NCBI GenBank assembly: GCA_031973355.1
Contig: DALYDF010000001.1
Coordinates: 20,341-68,852 of the forward strand
DNA: 48,512 nucleotides
Direction of reading: 5' to 3'
Source of the DNA: Candidatus Magasanikiibacteriota bacterium
GTDB lineage: Bacteria; Patescibacteriota; Patescibacteriia; Magasanikbacterales; UBA922
Below are positions 24,512 through 33,359 of this stretch, one piece after another. The notes under the pieces were generated by a model. The model was not told the origin of the DNA, ran no database searches, and worked only from the letters and a program-made list of their open reading frames with translations. Every line of letters begins with the position of its first letter. Position 1 is the stretch's first letter. Made by a program: the position numbers and the translations under genes.

Positions 24512-26005
24512 ATGGAAGTAACTCAAAATCCGACGATTGAAAGTTTATTAGAAAAAATTAAACTGTACGCCAAAGATGCGGACTTAGATTTAGTGCGCTT
24601 GGCTTTTGATTTTGCTGACGAAGCGCACCGTGGTCAAACTCGAAAATCTGGTGAACCCTATATTATTCACCCGCTTTCAGCCGCGCATTATTTAGCTGAT
24701 TCAAAAATTGATCCGACAATTGTCGCCGCAACCTTACTTCACGACGTTCCAGAAGACACATCTGTTACCCTAGAAGATATTGAAAAAAACTTTGGCGCCG
24801 ATATTGCCGGCATGGTGCGCGGCATTACTAAATTAGGAAAATTAAAATATCGCGGCGTGGAACGCTATTTGGAAAATTTGCGCAAAATGTTTATTGCCAT
24901 GGCCGAAGATGTTCGTGTCATGATTATTAAATTTGCGGATCGCATTCACAATCTCAGTACCCTTGAACATTTACCACCGCAAAAACGCTACCGGATTGCT
25001 TTGGAATCTTTAGAAATTTATGCGCCAATTGCCAATCGATTAGGCATGGATGATATGAAAGGTGAATTGGAAGATTTGTCTTTTCAATATGTGTACCCCA
25101 AAGATTTTTTGCGCGTAAAAGCTATTCGTGATGAACGCTTGTCAGGTAAGCAAGAATATTTTGAACGCATTATTACCAAAGCCAAGCATGAATTAAGTAA
25201 AGCTGGATTACAATCATTTACCGTGTACGGTCGTACCAAACGGCTCTATAGTTTATACCAGAAATTAGTCCGCAAAAATAATGAAATTGCCAAAGTCTAT
25301 GATACCTTTGCGATTCGCATCATTGTACCAAGCGTAGGCGATTGTTATGCCACCCTGGGTATTTTACATACCACCTGGCGACCACTCAAAGGCCGGATTA
25401 AAGATTATATTTCTCAACCAAAACCCAATGGCTACCAGTCATTACACACCACGGTGTTTGGCGATGATGGTGAAGTAATTGAATTTCAAATTCGCACCCA
25501 AATCATGCACGATGAAGCCGAATATGGTGTGGCCGCGCACTGGCATTACGATGAATTTGGTTCTAAATTACCAAAACGCGAAATTAAATGGGCCCAAGAA
25601 TTAGCAGAAATTCAAAAAGACATTTTAACTAAATTGTCTGACTTAGAGGAGATGAAAGTAGACTTTTTGCAAAGCCGCATTTTTGTTTTTACACCTAAAG
25701 GCGATGTGATTGATTTACCCGAAGGGGCGACACCAGTAGATTTTGCCTATCACATTCACACCAAAGTCGGTGATAAATGTAACGGCGTGTTGGTTAATGA
25801 TAAAATGGATAAACTCGACACCGAATTACACAATGGCGATGTGGTGGAAATTATTACTGATAAAAATCGTAAAGGGCCAAATCCAGATTGGGCGCAATTT
25901 GTAAAAACTCACACCGCCAAAATGCATATTCGCGATGCCCTCAAAAATCAACGCGGCCTCAATATTGGGCAATTCTTCAAATCAGTGTTGCCAGGAAAAA
26001 AATAA
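24512..26005 (+). CDS. rel: RelA/SpoT-homolog (p)ppGpp synthetase/hydrolase, truncated after the TGS domain (497 aa)
   Basis: HD domain (HRGQTRKSGEPYIIHP, LHDVPEDT), synthetase core (RTKRLYSLYQK, FAIRIIV, YQSLHTTV) and TGS (FVFTPKGDVIDLPEGATPVDFAYHIH). The protein ends about 60 aa after TGS. Confidence 0.88.
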   Translation: MEVTQNPTIESLLEKIKLYAKDADLDLVRLAFDFADEAHRGQTRKSGEPYIIHPLSAAHYLADSKIDPTIVAATLLHDVPEDTSVTLEDIEKNFGADIAGMVRGITKLGKLKYRGVERYLENLRKMFIAMAEDVRVMIIKFADRIHNLSTLEHLPPQKRYRIALESLEIYAPIANRLGMDDMKGELEDLSFQYVYPKDFLRVKAIRDERLSGKQEYFERIITKAKHELSKAGLQSFTVYGRTKRLYSLYQKLVRKNNEIAKVYDTFAIRIIVPSVGDCYATLGILHTTWRPLKGRIKDYISQPKPNGYQSLHTTVFGDDGEVIEFQIRTQIMHDEAEYGVAAHWHYDEFGSKLPKREIKWAQELAEIQKDILTKLSDLEEMKVDFLQSRIFVFTPKGDVIDLPEGATPVDFAYHIHTKVGDKCNGVLVNDKMDKLDTELHNGDVVEIITDKNRKGPNPDWAQFVKTHTAKMHIRDALKNQRGLNIGQFFKSVLPGKK

Positions 26006-26022
26006 TGTATATTAAAAAATCC

Positions 26023-26049
26023 CCAGCTCTGGGGATTTTTATATTACTC
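26023..26049. terminator. Bidirectional terminator between rel (+) and parB (-)
   Basis: AAAAAATCCCCA-GCTC-TGGGGATTTTTA, a 7-bp stem flanked by A and T runs. Confidence 0.7.
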
Positions 26050-26895
26050 ACAAATCTCATCTACAATCCTTCGTAACTCTTCGCGACTAGTAAACTGTAA
26101 CTCAATCGCCCCATGATCACCACGCAATCGGATAGTAGCTTTGGCGCCTAATTTTTGACTAATTTGATTTTCCAAGGCCATCACATTTGGGTCGCGACGC
26201 ACCGAACCTTTGCGTGATTCAGGCCCTTTGGCCGCTACTGCGGCCTCAACATCGCGCACCGTACCCCCGTCATTTAGCATGCCATTAAATACATCCAATT
26301 GCTCTTTGGTACTTTTTAAACTTAATAACGCACGCGCCTTACCAGCTGATAATCGCCCGTCCATTAATGCTCGTTGAATTTCTTCGGGTAATTCTAATAA
26401 CCGCACCGTATTCGCTACTACTGGTCGACTCTTCCCCACTTGGTCAGCCACTTCTTGTTGCGTTAAATTAAATTCATCAATTAATCGTTTAAACGCAAAC
26501 GCTTCTTCCAGCGCATTCAAATTTTGGCGTTGAATATTTTCAATCAAGGCTAATTCTAATTTTTCTTGTTCAGAAGCAATTTTTACCAATGCAGGAATCG
26601 TAGCCAAACCCGCAATCTGTGAAGCCCGAAACCGGCGTTCACCGGCAATCAATTCATATCCCCCATCAGTTCGCTCAGTTACGGTAATTGGCTGCATGAT
26701 GCCATGCTTTTTAATACTGGCCACTAAATCTTCCAAATCTTGGTGGTCAAAAACCCGGCGAGGTTGTTCTGGATTAGGAATAATTTCTGAAAGCGGAATT
26801 TGCCAAACACGATCAGTCTTATTCGGCGCTGAAGATTCGCCCATAATTTTACGGGCGTTAGGGATTAGCGAATCAAGTCCTTTACCAAGTGCCAT
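26044..26895 (-). CDS. parB: Chromosome partitioning protein ParB
   Basis: ParB boxes IPNPEQPRR, GIMQPITV and LIAGERRFRAS, plus the HTH LTQQEVADQVGKSRPVVANTVRLL. Confidence 0.92.
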   Translation of the reverse strand: MALGKGLDSLIPNARKIMGESSAPNKTDRVWQIPLSEIIPNPEQPRRVFDHQDLEDLVASIKKHGIMQPITVTERTDGGYELIAGERRFRASQIAGLATIPALVKIASEQEKLELALIENIQRQNLNALEEAFAFKRLIDEFNLTQQEVADQVGKSRPVVANTVRLLELPEEIQRALMDGRLSAGKARALLSLKSTKEQLDVFNGMLNDGGTVRDVEAAVAAKGPESRKGSVRRDPNVMALENQISQKLGAKATIRLRGDHGAIELQFTSREELRRIVDEICE

Positions 26896-26924
26896 ACAAT
26901 TATTTACAAAACAAATTAGGAAAA

Positions 26925-27698
26925 TTAGGTAGCAATTCCGTGTTTATCCGCAATTTCGCGCACCAACCGATTATATGCGGTGGCACCTTTACCGCTTGGT
27001 TCATAATGAAAAATTGATTGACCAAAACTAGGAGCTTCGGCCAAACGAACCGTGCGCGGAATTACTGAACGGAAAATATTATTTGGGAAATATTTATATA
27101 ATTCACCCATCACTTCTTCGGCCAAGCGGGTGCGCTTATCATACATCGTTAATACGGCTCCCAAAATTGCTAAATCGGGTTTCACATGCGTTTTAACTAA
27201 TTGAATTGTTTCTAACAATTGCCCTAATCCTTCTAACGCGTAATATTCAGCCTGAACAGGGATTAATAATTCATCAGCCGCCACCAAACTGTTAATCGTT
27301 AATAATCCCAACGATGGTGGACAATCAATTACCACATAATCATAAGCATGGTGCACTTCTGCTAATAAATCCGCCAATCTAAATTCACGACGATCAACGG
27401 TTACTAATTCAACATTGGCCCCAGCCAAATGTGGTGTAGCCGGAGCTACTCGCAAACCAGGGTGAGACGTATTCATCACAATATCGTGCAATCGCTTTTG
27501 CTGGGATAAGGCCTCGTAAATTCCGTGCTGCACCCGCTCTTTGGTCAATCCTAAACCACTCGAGGCATTGGCCTGAGGATCCATGTCCACTAATAACACA
27601 TTCTTACCGAGCTCAGCCAAACCAGCGGCAATATTAATAGCGGTGGTGGTTTTTCCCACCCCGCCTTTTTGGTTGACCACAGAGATGATTTTGGTCAT
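26925..27698 (-). CDS. parA: Chromosome partitioning ATPase ParA/Soj
   Basis: Deviant Walker A NQKGGVGKTTTAINIA and a typical ParA length of 257 aa; it sits upstream of parB. Confidence 0.92.
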   Translation of the reverse strand: MTKIISVVNQKGGVGKTTTAINIAAGLAELGKNVLLVDMDPQANASSGLGLTKERVQHGIYEALSQQKRLHDIVMNTSHPGLRVAPATPHLAGANVELVTVDRREFRLADLLAEVHHAYDYVVIDCPPSLGLLTINSLVAADELLIPVQAEYYALEGLGQLLETIQLVKTHVKPDLAILGAVLTMYDKRTRLAEEVMGELYKYFPNNIFRSVIPRTVRLAEAPSFGQSIFHYEPSGKGATAYNRLVREIADKHGIAT

Positions 27699-27706
27699 AT
27701 GGGGAA

Positions 27707-27735
27707 ATTATAGCACGCGCGGTTGACAAGGACAA
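27707..27735 (-). promoter_or_regulatory. Extended -10 promoter for parAB
   Basis: Minus strand: TTGTCC (27735-27730), 17 nt, TGcTATAAT (-10 hexamer 27712-27707). It is back-to-back with, and overlaps, the tRNA-Leu promoter. Confidence 0.5.
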
Positions 27736-27751
27736 ATCCCTGTGGCATAAT
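27723..27751 (+). promoter_or_regulatory. Consensus extended -10 promoter for tRNA-Leu
   Basis: TTGACA (27723-27728), 17 nt ending in TGg, CATAAT (27746-27751), about 18 nt before the tRNA 5' end. Confidence 0.65.
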
Positions 27752-27769
27752 TTTGGGGCAAAAAGACAA

Positions 27770-27853
27770 GCCGTGATGGCGGAACTGGTAGACGCAACGG
27801 ACTCAAAATCCGTCGACCGCAAGGTCATGAGAGTTCGATTCTCTCTCGCGGCA
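27770..27853 (+). tRNA. tRNA-Leu (anticodon CAA), class II with long variable arm
   Basis: GCCGTGATGGCGGAACTGGTAGACGCAACGGACTCAAAATCCGTCGACCGCAAGGTCATGAGAGTTCGATTCTCTCTCGCGGCA. The anticodon loop is CTCAAAA. CCA is not encoded. Confidence 0.9.
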
Positions 27854-27854
27854 C

Positions 27855-27884
27855 AAAAAATCTCCTTACTAAGGAGATTTTTTA
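27855..27884. terminator. Bidirectional terminator between tRNA-Leu (+) and ATP-grasp gene (-)
   Basis: AAAAAA-TCTCCTT-ACT-AAGGAGA-TTTTTTATTTT. Confidence 0.7.
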
Positions 27885-27886
27885 TT

Positions 27887-28897
27887 TTATTCCATTGCTT
27901 TTAACACTTCCAAATACATATCTTCCACAATTTTCTGTTGTTTTTTACCAGTCAATACATAGTGATCCAAGCCGGGAGCCGAATTAATTTCTATGACCCA
28001 ATATTTTCCAGGCGCTTTAGTAATATCATCGGCAACCATCAAATCAACTCCGCAAAGTCTTAAGCCCATGTCTTTGGTTATCTTAATGGCCAGTTTTTTA
28101 AAGTCCGGGTGCATCTTGTCAGTAACATCAATTGAATCACCACCCGTGGAAAGATTAGCATTATCTAATAAATAGACAATTTGATTTTTAGTGAGCACTG
28201 ATCGTAAAGTTAGATTATCATGCTTTAATTTTTGCCCAATCCGTGGGTCAGTAATTTTAAGTAAAGTATCACGACTCGCTGCTTCAAAAGTTTTTTGTTT
28301 GCGTTTTAAAAGTTGTAAAATTGTTGAGCGCCCATCTCCTGTCACATTTAACGGTACGCGCTGATAGGCGGAAATAATTTTATTATCCAAAACCACAACA
28401 CGATAATCTTTTCCCACCACCGGCCGCTGAACCAAAGCAACTTTATCGCGCGTAAAAATAAAATTAAGTGCTGTATATAATTCTTTTTTATTAAAAACTT
28501 TAGTCACGCACACACCCTGACTACCACTATTTGGTTTTACAATCACCGGAAACCCGAGTTTCTGCGCGTATTTGTACGCTGCACTAATGTTTTGGTTTGA
28601 ACCAATTGCTTCCGCCCACCACTTGGCAAAAAAAGCCTGTCCCTCAATAATTGGATACCCTAATTTTTTTAGAAAAAAATGCGCATAATCTTTGTCTTTA
28701 GCAATTTCCGATGCACCCATCGTGTTAATATCAAGCGTAGAATAACGAAAATAGCGCTTGCGGCCACTTTTATACATAATTTGCCCAACAATTCCCCACT
28801 GTGGTTCAATCACTACTCGAGCACCAATTTTAGGTGCTAATTTTTTTAACATTTTATTTAATAGTGGCTGTGGTCCTGTTTTTTTTCGGTGACGCAT
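27887..28897 (-). CDS. ATP-grasp family ligase (cyanophycin-synthetase-N-terminal / RimK / Ddl-like fold)
   Basis: ATP-grasp signatures FPVIVKPNSGSQGVCV, ALVQRPVVGKDYRVVVLD and WVIEINSAPGLDHY. The ATG at 28897 (MRHRKKTG...) is 1 nt after the stop of the carboxypeptidase gene. The tracked start at 28966 overlaps that gene. Confidence 0.75.
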   Translation of the reverse strand: MRHRKKTGPQPLLNKMLKKLAPKIGARVVIEPQWGIVGQIMYKSGRKRYFRYSTLDINTMGASEIAKDKDYAHFFLKKLGYPIIEGQAFFAKWWAEAIGSNQNISAAYKYAQKLGFPVIVKPNSGSQGVCVTKVFNKKELYTALNFIFTRDKVALVQRPVVGKDYRVVVLDNKIISAYQRVPLNVTGDGRSTILQLLKRKQKTFEAASRDTLLKITDPRIGQKLKHDNLTLRSVLTKNQIVYLLDNANLSTGGDSIDVTDKMHPDFKKLAIKITKDMGLRLCGVDLMVADDITKAPGKYWVIEINSAPGLDHYVLTGKKQQKIVEDMYLEVLKAME

Positions 28898-28898
28898 A

Positions 28899-29927
28899 TT
28901 ATTTCCACGTAAAATTTTGATAAGCCCATTCTGCCGCCCGGCGCGCTTCGGTAAAACGAGCATCAATACTATCTGCGCCTAAAACTACGACTACCACCCG
29001 ATGCGTTGAGGATACGGTTTCAGCCGCAAAATTATATCCAGATTCAGGAATATAACCAGTTTTTCCACCTACTAATTCTAAGCCAAAATTAGCAATGGTA
29101 CCGGATAATAACCAATCCGTTGTTTTAATTTGTTTCCGATACTGTCCAGAAACAGCGGCCAAATCATAGGTAGTGGCGCGCACAGCCTTTAAAATAGCGG
29201 GTTTACGCAAGGCTTCCGCCAAGAGCACTGCGATATCCGCTGCGGTCGAACGATTGCGCGGATCTAATCCAGTTGGTTCGCTTACTTTTGTTCCGGTCAT
29301 TCCCAATTCTAAGGCTTTTTGATTCATGCGCTGCACAAATTCCTCTCGGCTCAAACCAGTCGCATCTACCAATGAAACCACCGCTCGATTTGAAGAAGAA
29401 ATTAAGGCAGCGTTCCACAAATCTTCAACCCGATATACGGCTCCAGCGGCCACATCATTATCAGGTTCACCATCAATCGCCGCACTCGTAGTCGAAGCAA
29501 AATTAAGGGGAACATCCAACAAAACCAAGGCTGATAGTAATTTAGTCACACTGGCCATTGGCCAGGAATCATAGGCTCCTTTACCATATAACATTTGCCC
29601 GGTTACACTATCACGCACCACAATATGACGACCAGAAAAATCGCGCGGATCCAATAATTTAGCACTTGGATTAAACACTGGTTTCAGTGGCGGGGTCACC
29701 AACACGGTGGCCACGGGTTTTTGCGTACGCAAATCTTTTACTTCACTAATTTTTTCTCCAATTACTCCTGCAAAATCACTCCACGCTGCGGCCATATTTT
29801 GTTTACTCAAAATAATCCCCACTTGAACTACCCCACTCACCAATAAAATTAATCCAAAAAAAATCGCACCAGCAATTAACGGGCGACGACCAGTAAAACT
29901 TAAATTTTCCCAAGCATTATGCGGCAT
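28899..29927 (-). CDS. D-alanyl-D-alanine carboxypeptidase (peptidase S11, low-MW PBP), membrane-anchored
   Basis: SxxK (ASVTKL), SxN (SSSN) and KTG (GGKTGY) boxes, with an N-terminal TM helix. Confidence 0.85.
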   Translation of the reverse strand: MPHNAWENLSFTGRRPLIAGAIFFGLILLVSGVVQVGIILSKQNMAAAWSDFAGVIGEKISEVKDLRTQKPVATVLVTPPLKPVFNPSAKLLDPRDFSGRHIVVRDSVTGQMLYGKGAYDSWPMASVTKLLSALVLLDVPLNFASTTSAAIDGEPDNDVAAGAVYRVEDLWNAALISSSNRAVVSLVDATGLSREEFVQRMNQKALELGMTGTKVSEPTGLDPRNRSTAADIAVLLAEALRKPAILKAVRATTYDLAAVSGQYRKQIKTTDWLLSGTIANFGLELVGGKTGYIPESGYNFAAETVSSTHRVVVVVLGADSIDARFTEARRAAEWAYQNFTWK

Positions 29928-30471
29928 GAATTTCTACAGTAGTTTCTGGTGACAAAGCGGAAGCAAGGTGTGGATGTTCACGCAAAGTTTCATAATCAGG
30001 CAATTCAGCACTACTAGCAATTCCTAATTGACGCAGAGCGGTAGCTGAAATTCGATACGCGGTCATTAACGCATCCACTGAAGTATCCTCTTCTACTAAC
30101 CCGCGCACGGCCAAATTGCGTAAAATAATTGCACAATTTACCCCCCGAATCGCTTCAATTTCTGGGCGGGTAATTGGACCTTGATAGGCCACTACCGTGA
30201 GTGTTTCCAACTGAGCACGAGTCAATTCACCCATTAATTCTTGTTTAGTAAAATCTTCAAGAATTTCAGCATTGGCTGGATTAGTAACCATTTGTACATC
30301 GGCTCCGGTATCAATAATATGAATACCTGAAGCCGGATCATTATATTGATCTTTTAATTGAGCAATCGCCGTTTCCAAAACCTCTGATTCAATCGCCAAT
30401 GATTTACTCAACTCTTTGCGCGACAACGGTTTACTGGCAATAAATAACACGGATTCTAATTGTGATTTCAT
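29917..30471 (-). CDS. scpB: Segregation and condensation protein B
   Basis: LESVLFIASKPLSRKEL..., winged-helix repeats and the position after scpA with a 4-nt overlap. Confidence 0.88.
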   Translation of the reverse strand: MKSQLESVLFIASKPLSRKELSKSLAIESEVLETAIAQLKDQYNDPASGIHIIDTGADVQMVTNPANAEILEDFTKQELMGELTRAQLETLTVVAYQGPITRPEIEAIRGVNCAIILRNLAVRGLVEEDTSVDALMTAYRISATALRQLGIASSAELPDYETLREHPHLASALSPETTVEIHAA

Positions 30472-31163
30472 ACGCTTTTGTTGATTATTATATCACCAAA
30501 TTGTTCATCTTGGTTAATATTCACAATTCTTTGTTTAGCTAATTCTAAAATTGCCAAAAAACTAACAATAATTTCCGTACGATTCCCCCGCTCAGACATT
30601 GAATCCAATAAATTATATGAACTTTGGGTGTTAAGTAAATTGCGTAAATGTTCAATTTTTTCTTTGAGTGACACGCGCGCGTCAATTTTAGTTTGGGGTA
30701 ATGGTTTAGGTGGTTTTAATTTGTGCACCAATTTCGCCATGCATTCCGCCAATGTTTGCAGAGAAACATTAGTTGGTAACCCTTCGGGAATAATAATTTC
30801 TACTGGATGATTGCGAAAATATCCATGGGCTTTTTCTAACCAACGACGATTGAGATCACGACTAACTTTAACAAAATGTTGGTACAACCGTAATTGGTCA
30901 GCCAAACTTGGACCCTCATCTTCAATCGGCGCGAACATTGGCAATAACGCGCGCGATTTCAGGTACAACAAGCGCGCCGCAACAATCAAAAAATCGGCCA
31001 CTTCATCCCCTGCCCGATCATCTTCAGGCATGGCTTGCAGGTATTGCAAAAATTGATCAGTCACTTCACTAATCGCCACTTCGGAAATATCTTTTTTCTT
31101 ATCTTCAATTAATGACAAAAGAAGATCGAGTGGGCCATTAAATTCTTTTGTCGTGAAATCCAT
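30468..31163 (-). CDS. scpA: Segregation and condensation protein A (kleisin)
   Basis: FNGPLDLLLSLIEDKKKDISEVAISEVTDQFLQYL is a typical ScpA N-terminus. Confidence 0.88.
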   Translation of the reverse strand: MDFTTKEFNGPLDLLLSLIEDKKKDISEVAISEVTDQFLQYLQAMPEDDRAGDEVADFLIVAARLLYLKSRALLPMFAPIEDEGPSLADQLRLYQHFVKVSRDLNRRWLEKAHGYFRNHPVEIIIPEGLPTNVSLQTLAECMAKLVHKLKPPKPLPQTKIDARVSLKEKIEHLRNLLNTQSSYNLLDSMSERGNRTEIIVSFLAILELAKQRIVNINQDEQFGDIIINKSV

Positions 31164-31357
31164 AGATACTTGGACTGAGGGAGGCCAGGAAAATTATTTT
31201 TTACGAAACGATGTTGGCGAGTTTGCGTGAGAAAGTGATTCGTAATTAAGTAGGCAAACTCGCACAAGTGAGCGAGTCACGAACGTGCGAGCGAGCGGTC
31301 GTGAGTGAAATAATATTTTTTCTGATCTTCCGATACAGACCTCTATTTTTTCAATAA

Positions 31358-33115
31358 TTAATCCGCCAACTTAATATGCAATTCTTTCAGTTGTTTATCA
31401 TCCACCACACTTGGACTACCCATCATTGGTTCTTCAGCCCGTTGATTTTTTGGGAACGGAATTACGGCGCGAATATTTTTTTCACCTAAGAATAACATAA
31501 GTAAGCGATCAATACCTGGCGCAAAACCACAGTGAGGTGGAGCACCGTATTCAAAGGCGTCAATCATGTGACCAAATTTTTTATTGACTTGTTCACGCGT
31601 GTAACCGGCAATCTCAAAGGCGCGATACATAACTTCAGGATCTTTGTTGCGAACTGCACCACTGGAAAGTTCCAAACCATTAGCAATAATATCGTATTGG
31701 TCAGCGTTAATTGTAAGTGGATCTTGTGTATTCAACGCTTCCAAACCACCTTGTGGCATTGAGAATGGATTATGTCCAAAATCAATTTTATTATCAGTAT
31801 CGCTCCACTCAAACATTGGGAAATCCACTACCCAGGCCCAGGCAATCATGTTAGGATCAGCGAGATTTAATTTTTCCGCACACAAAGCCCGCACCGCACC
31901 CAGCGCTTTGGACGCAACCAACGGTTCATCAACCACAAAGAAAAGAATACTGCCAGCCTCAACATTCAAAGTATTTTTCAAAGTTTCTAATTCTTCTGGT
32001 TTAAAAAATTTCGCAATTGTTCCTTCAAATTCACCAGTATATTTTAACCACGCCAAACCTTTGGCTTTATTCCGTTTGGCGAGTTCAGTAAATTCTTCAT
32101 CAATTTGTTTACGAGTAAAGTCAGCGCCTTTTGGTACGGTAATTACCCGCACCGCCTTCGCATCAGCAAATACACTAAAGCCAGTGGTTTTTGCCCAATC
32201 ACTGACATCAACAATTTTCAAATCATAGCGCAAATCTGGACGATCTGAACCATACGTATCCATTACATATTTGTAGGGAATCCGGGGAAATGGTTTTTGT
32301 TGGACTTTTTTACCAGCTACTTTTTCCGTAAGTTCAATAAACAATGGTTCCATTAATTCAAAAAATTCATCACGTTTTAAGAAGCTTGTCTCAACATCTA
32401 ACTGATAAAACTCACCCGGACTACGATCAGCCCGCGGATCTTCGTCACGCATACACGGCGCCACTTGATAATAACGGTCCATTCCACCCACCATTAACAG
32501 CTGCTTATATTGTTGGGGGGCTTGTGGCAACGCGTAAAATTTTCCTGGGTGAATCCGACTTGGCACCAAAAAATCCCGCGCCCCTTCGGGTGAAGACACG
32601 GTTAAAATTGGCGTAGAAATTTCAATAAAATCACGACTATCCATGAAGTTCCGAATGAACTGAATCATTTTATGGCGGAACAAAATATTCTTTTTCAAAT
32701 GCTCACGACGTAATTCCAGATATCGATATTTCAAGCGCAATTCTTCATCTTCTTCTTCTTTATGCGCATCAAAAATTTCAAACGGTAGAGTTTTAGCTTT
32801 ACTTAACACTTCCAATTCCACGGCTTGAATTTCAATTGCTCCAGTATTCATTTCTTTATTCACGGTTTTTTCCGCGCGCAAGACCACTGTGCCGGTTACT
32901 TTAATTACATATTCGTATTTCAATTCATCGGCCAGCGTAAAGTTTTTAACCGTATCAGGATTAAATACCACTTGGGTTAAACCATAACGATCACGCAAAT
33001 CAACAAAAATCAAACCACCGAGATTACGGCGCTTATGGACCCAGCCAGAAAGAGTGACAGTTTTACCAGTATGTTCAGAGCGGAGTTCGCCGCAGGTGTG
33101 AGTTCGGTAGGACAT
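31358..33115 (-). CDS. aspS: Aspartate--tRNA ligase (possibly non-discriminating)
   Basis: OB-fold N-terminus (GWVHKRRNLGGLIFVDLRDRYG), motif 2 (CMRDEDPRADRSPGEFYQLDVE) and motif 3 (GFAPGIDRLLMLF). The ATG at 33115 (MSYRTHTCGELR) is preferred over the tracked start at 33142. Confidence 0.9.
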   Translation of the reverse strand: MSYRTHTCGELRSEHTGKTVTLSGWVHKRRNLGGLIFVDLRDRYGLTQVVFNPDTVKNFTLADELKYEYVIKVTGTVVLRAEKTVNKEMNTGAIEIQAVELEVLSKAKTLPFEIFDAHKEEEDEELRLKYRYLELRREHLKKNILFRHKMIQFIRNFMDSRDFIEISTPILTVSSPEGARDFLVPSRIHPGKFYALPQAPQQYKQLLMVGGMDRYYQVAPCMRDEDPRADRSPGEFYQLDVETSFLKRDEFFELMEPLFIELTEKVAGKKVQQKPFPRIPYKYVMDTYGSDRPDLRYDLKIVDVSDWAKTTGFSVFADAKAVRVITVPKGADFTRKQIDEEFTELAKRNKAKGLAWLKYTGEFEGTIAKFFKPEELETLKNTLNVEAGSILFFVVDEPLVASKALGAVRALCAEKLNLADPNMIAWAWVVDFPMFEWSDTDNKIDFGHNPFSMPQGGLEALNTQDPLTINADQYDIIANGLELSSGAVRNKDPEVMYRAFEIAGYTREQVNKKFGHMIDAFEYGAPPHCGFAPGIDRLLMLFLGEKNIRAVIPFPKNQRAEEPMMGSPSVVDDKQLKELHIKLAD

Positions 33116-33359
33116 AAAATTAAACTTATTAAGCTGTCCCAATTTTAGCTAGTTTAAGGGAATTTTGCAACCCTTACGGCTGAATTTTGGCTAATAAACA
33201 CCCTTTCTTACGAAAATTTCGCAAAATTTGGCTAAGTTTAGACGAATTATACACAATAAAACTTGACAAAACCTAAAAAATAGTATCTACTCCCTTTGGA
33301 AAGTAATTTGTTCTTTATATTTTAGGTGAGGCAATACAAAGCAGAGATTTTCAAGAAGG

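Noticed and set aside
26044-27770. A parS site or DnaA-box cluster (origin) near parAB.
   Set aside because: I found no TGTTTCACGTGAAACA-like palindrome. There is only a half-site-like GTGAAACA at about 15296 inside a CDS, and a single weak DnaA-box-like AGTGGATAG at about 43492. There is no cluster.
27634-27828. A 64-aa minus-strand ORF spanning the parA start, both promoters and tRNA-Leu.
   Set aside because: It overlaps a canonical tRNA gene and two promoters, so it is spurious.
33263-33291. TTGACA at 33263-33268 as the promoter for the island lipoprotein gene.
   Set aside because: No acceptable -10 lies at 16-18 nt: TCTACT at 17 nt, TATCTA at 15 nt and TAGTAT at only 12 nt. The box may instead belong to the divergent aspS promoter region (TTGTCA on the other strand). 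It is left uncalled.
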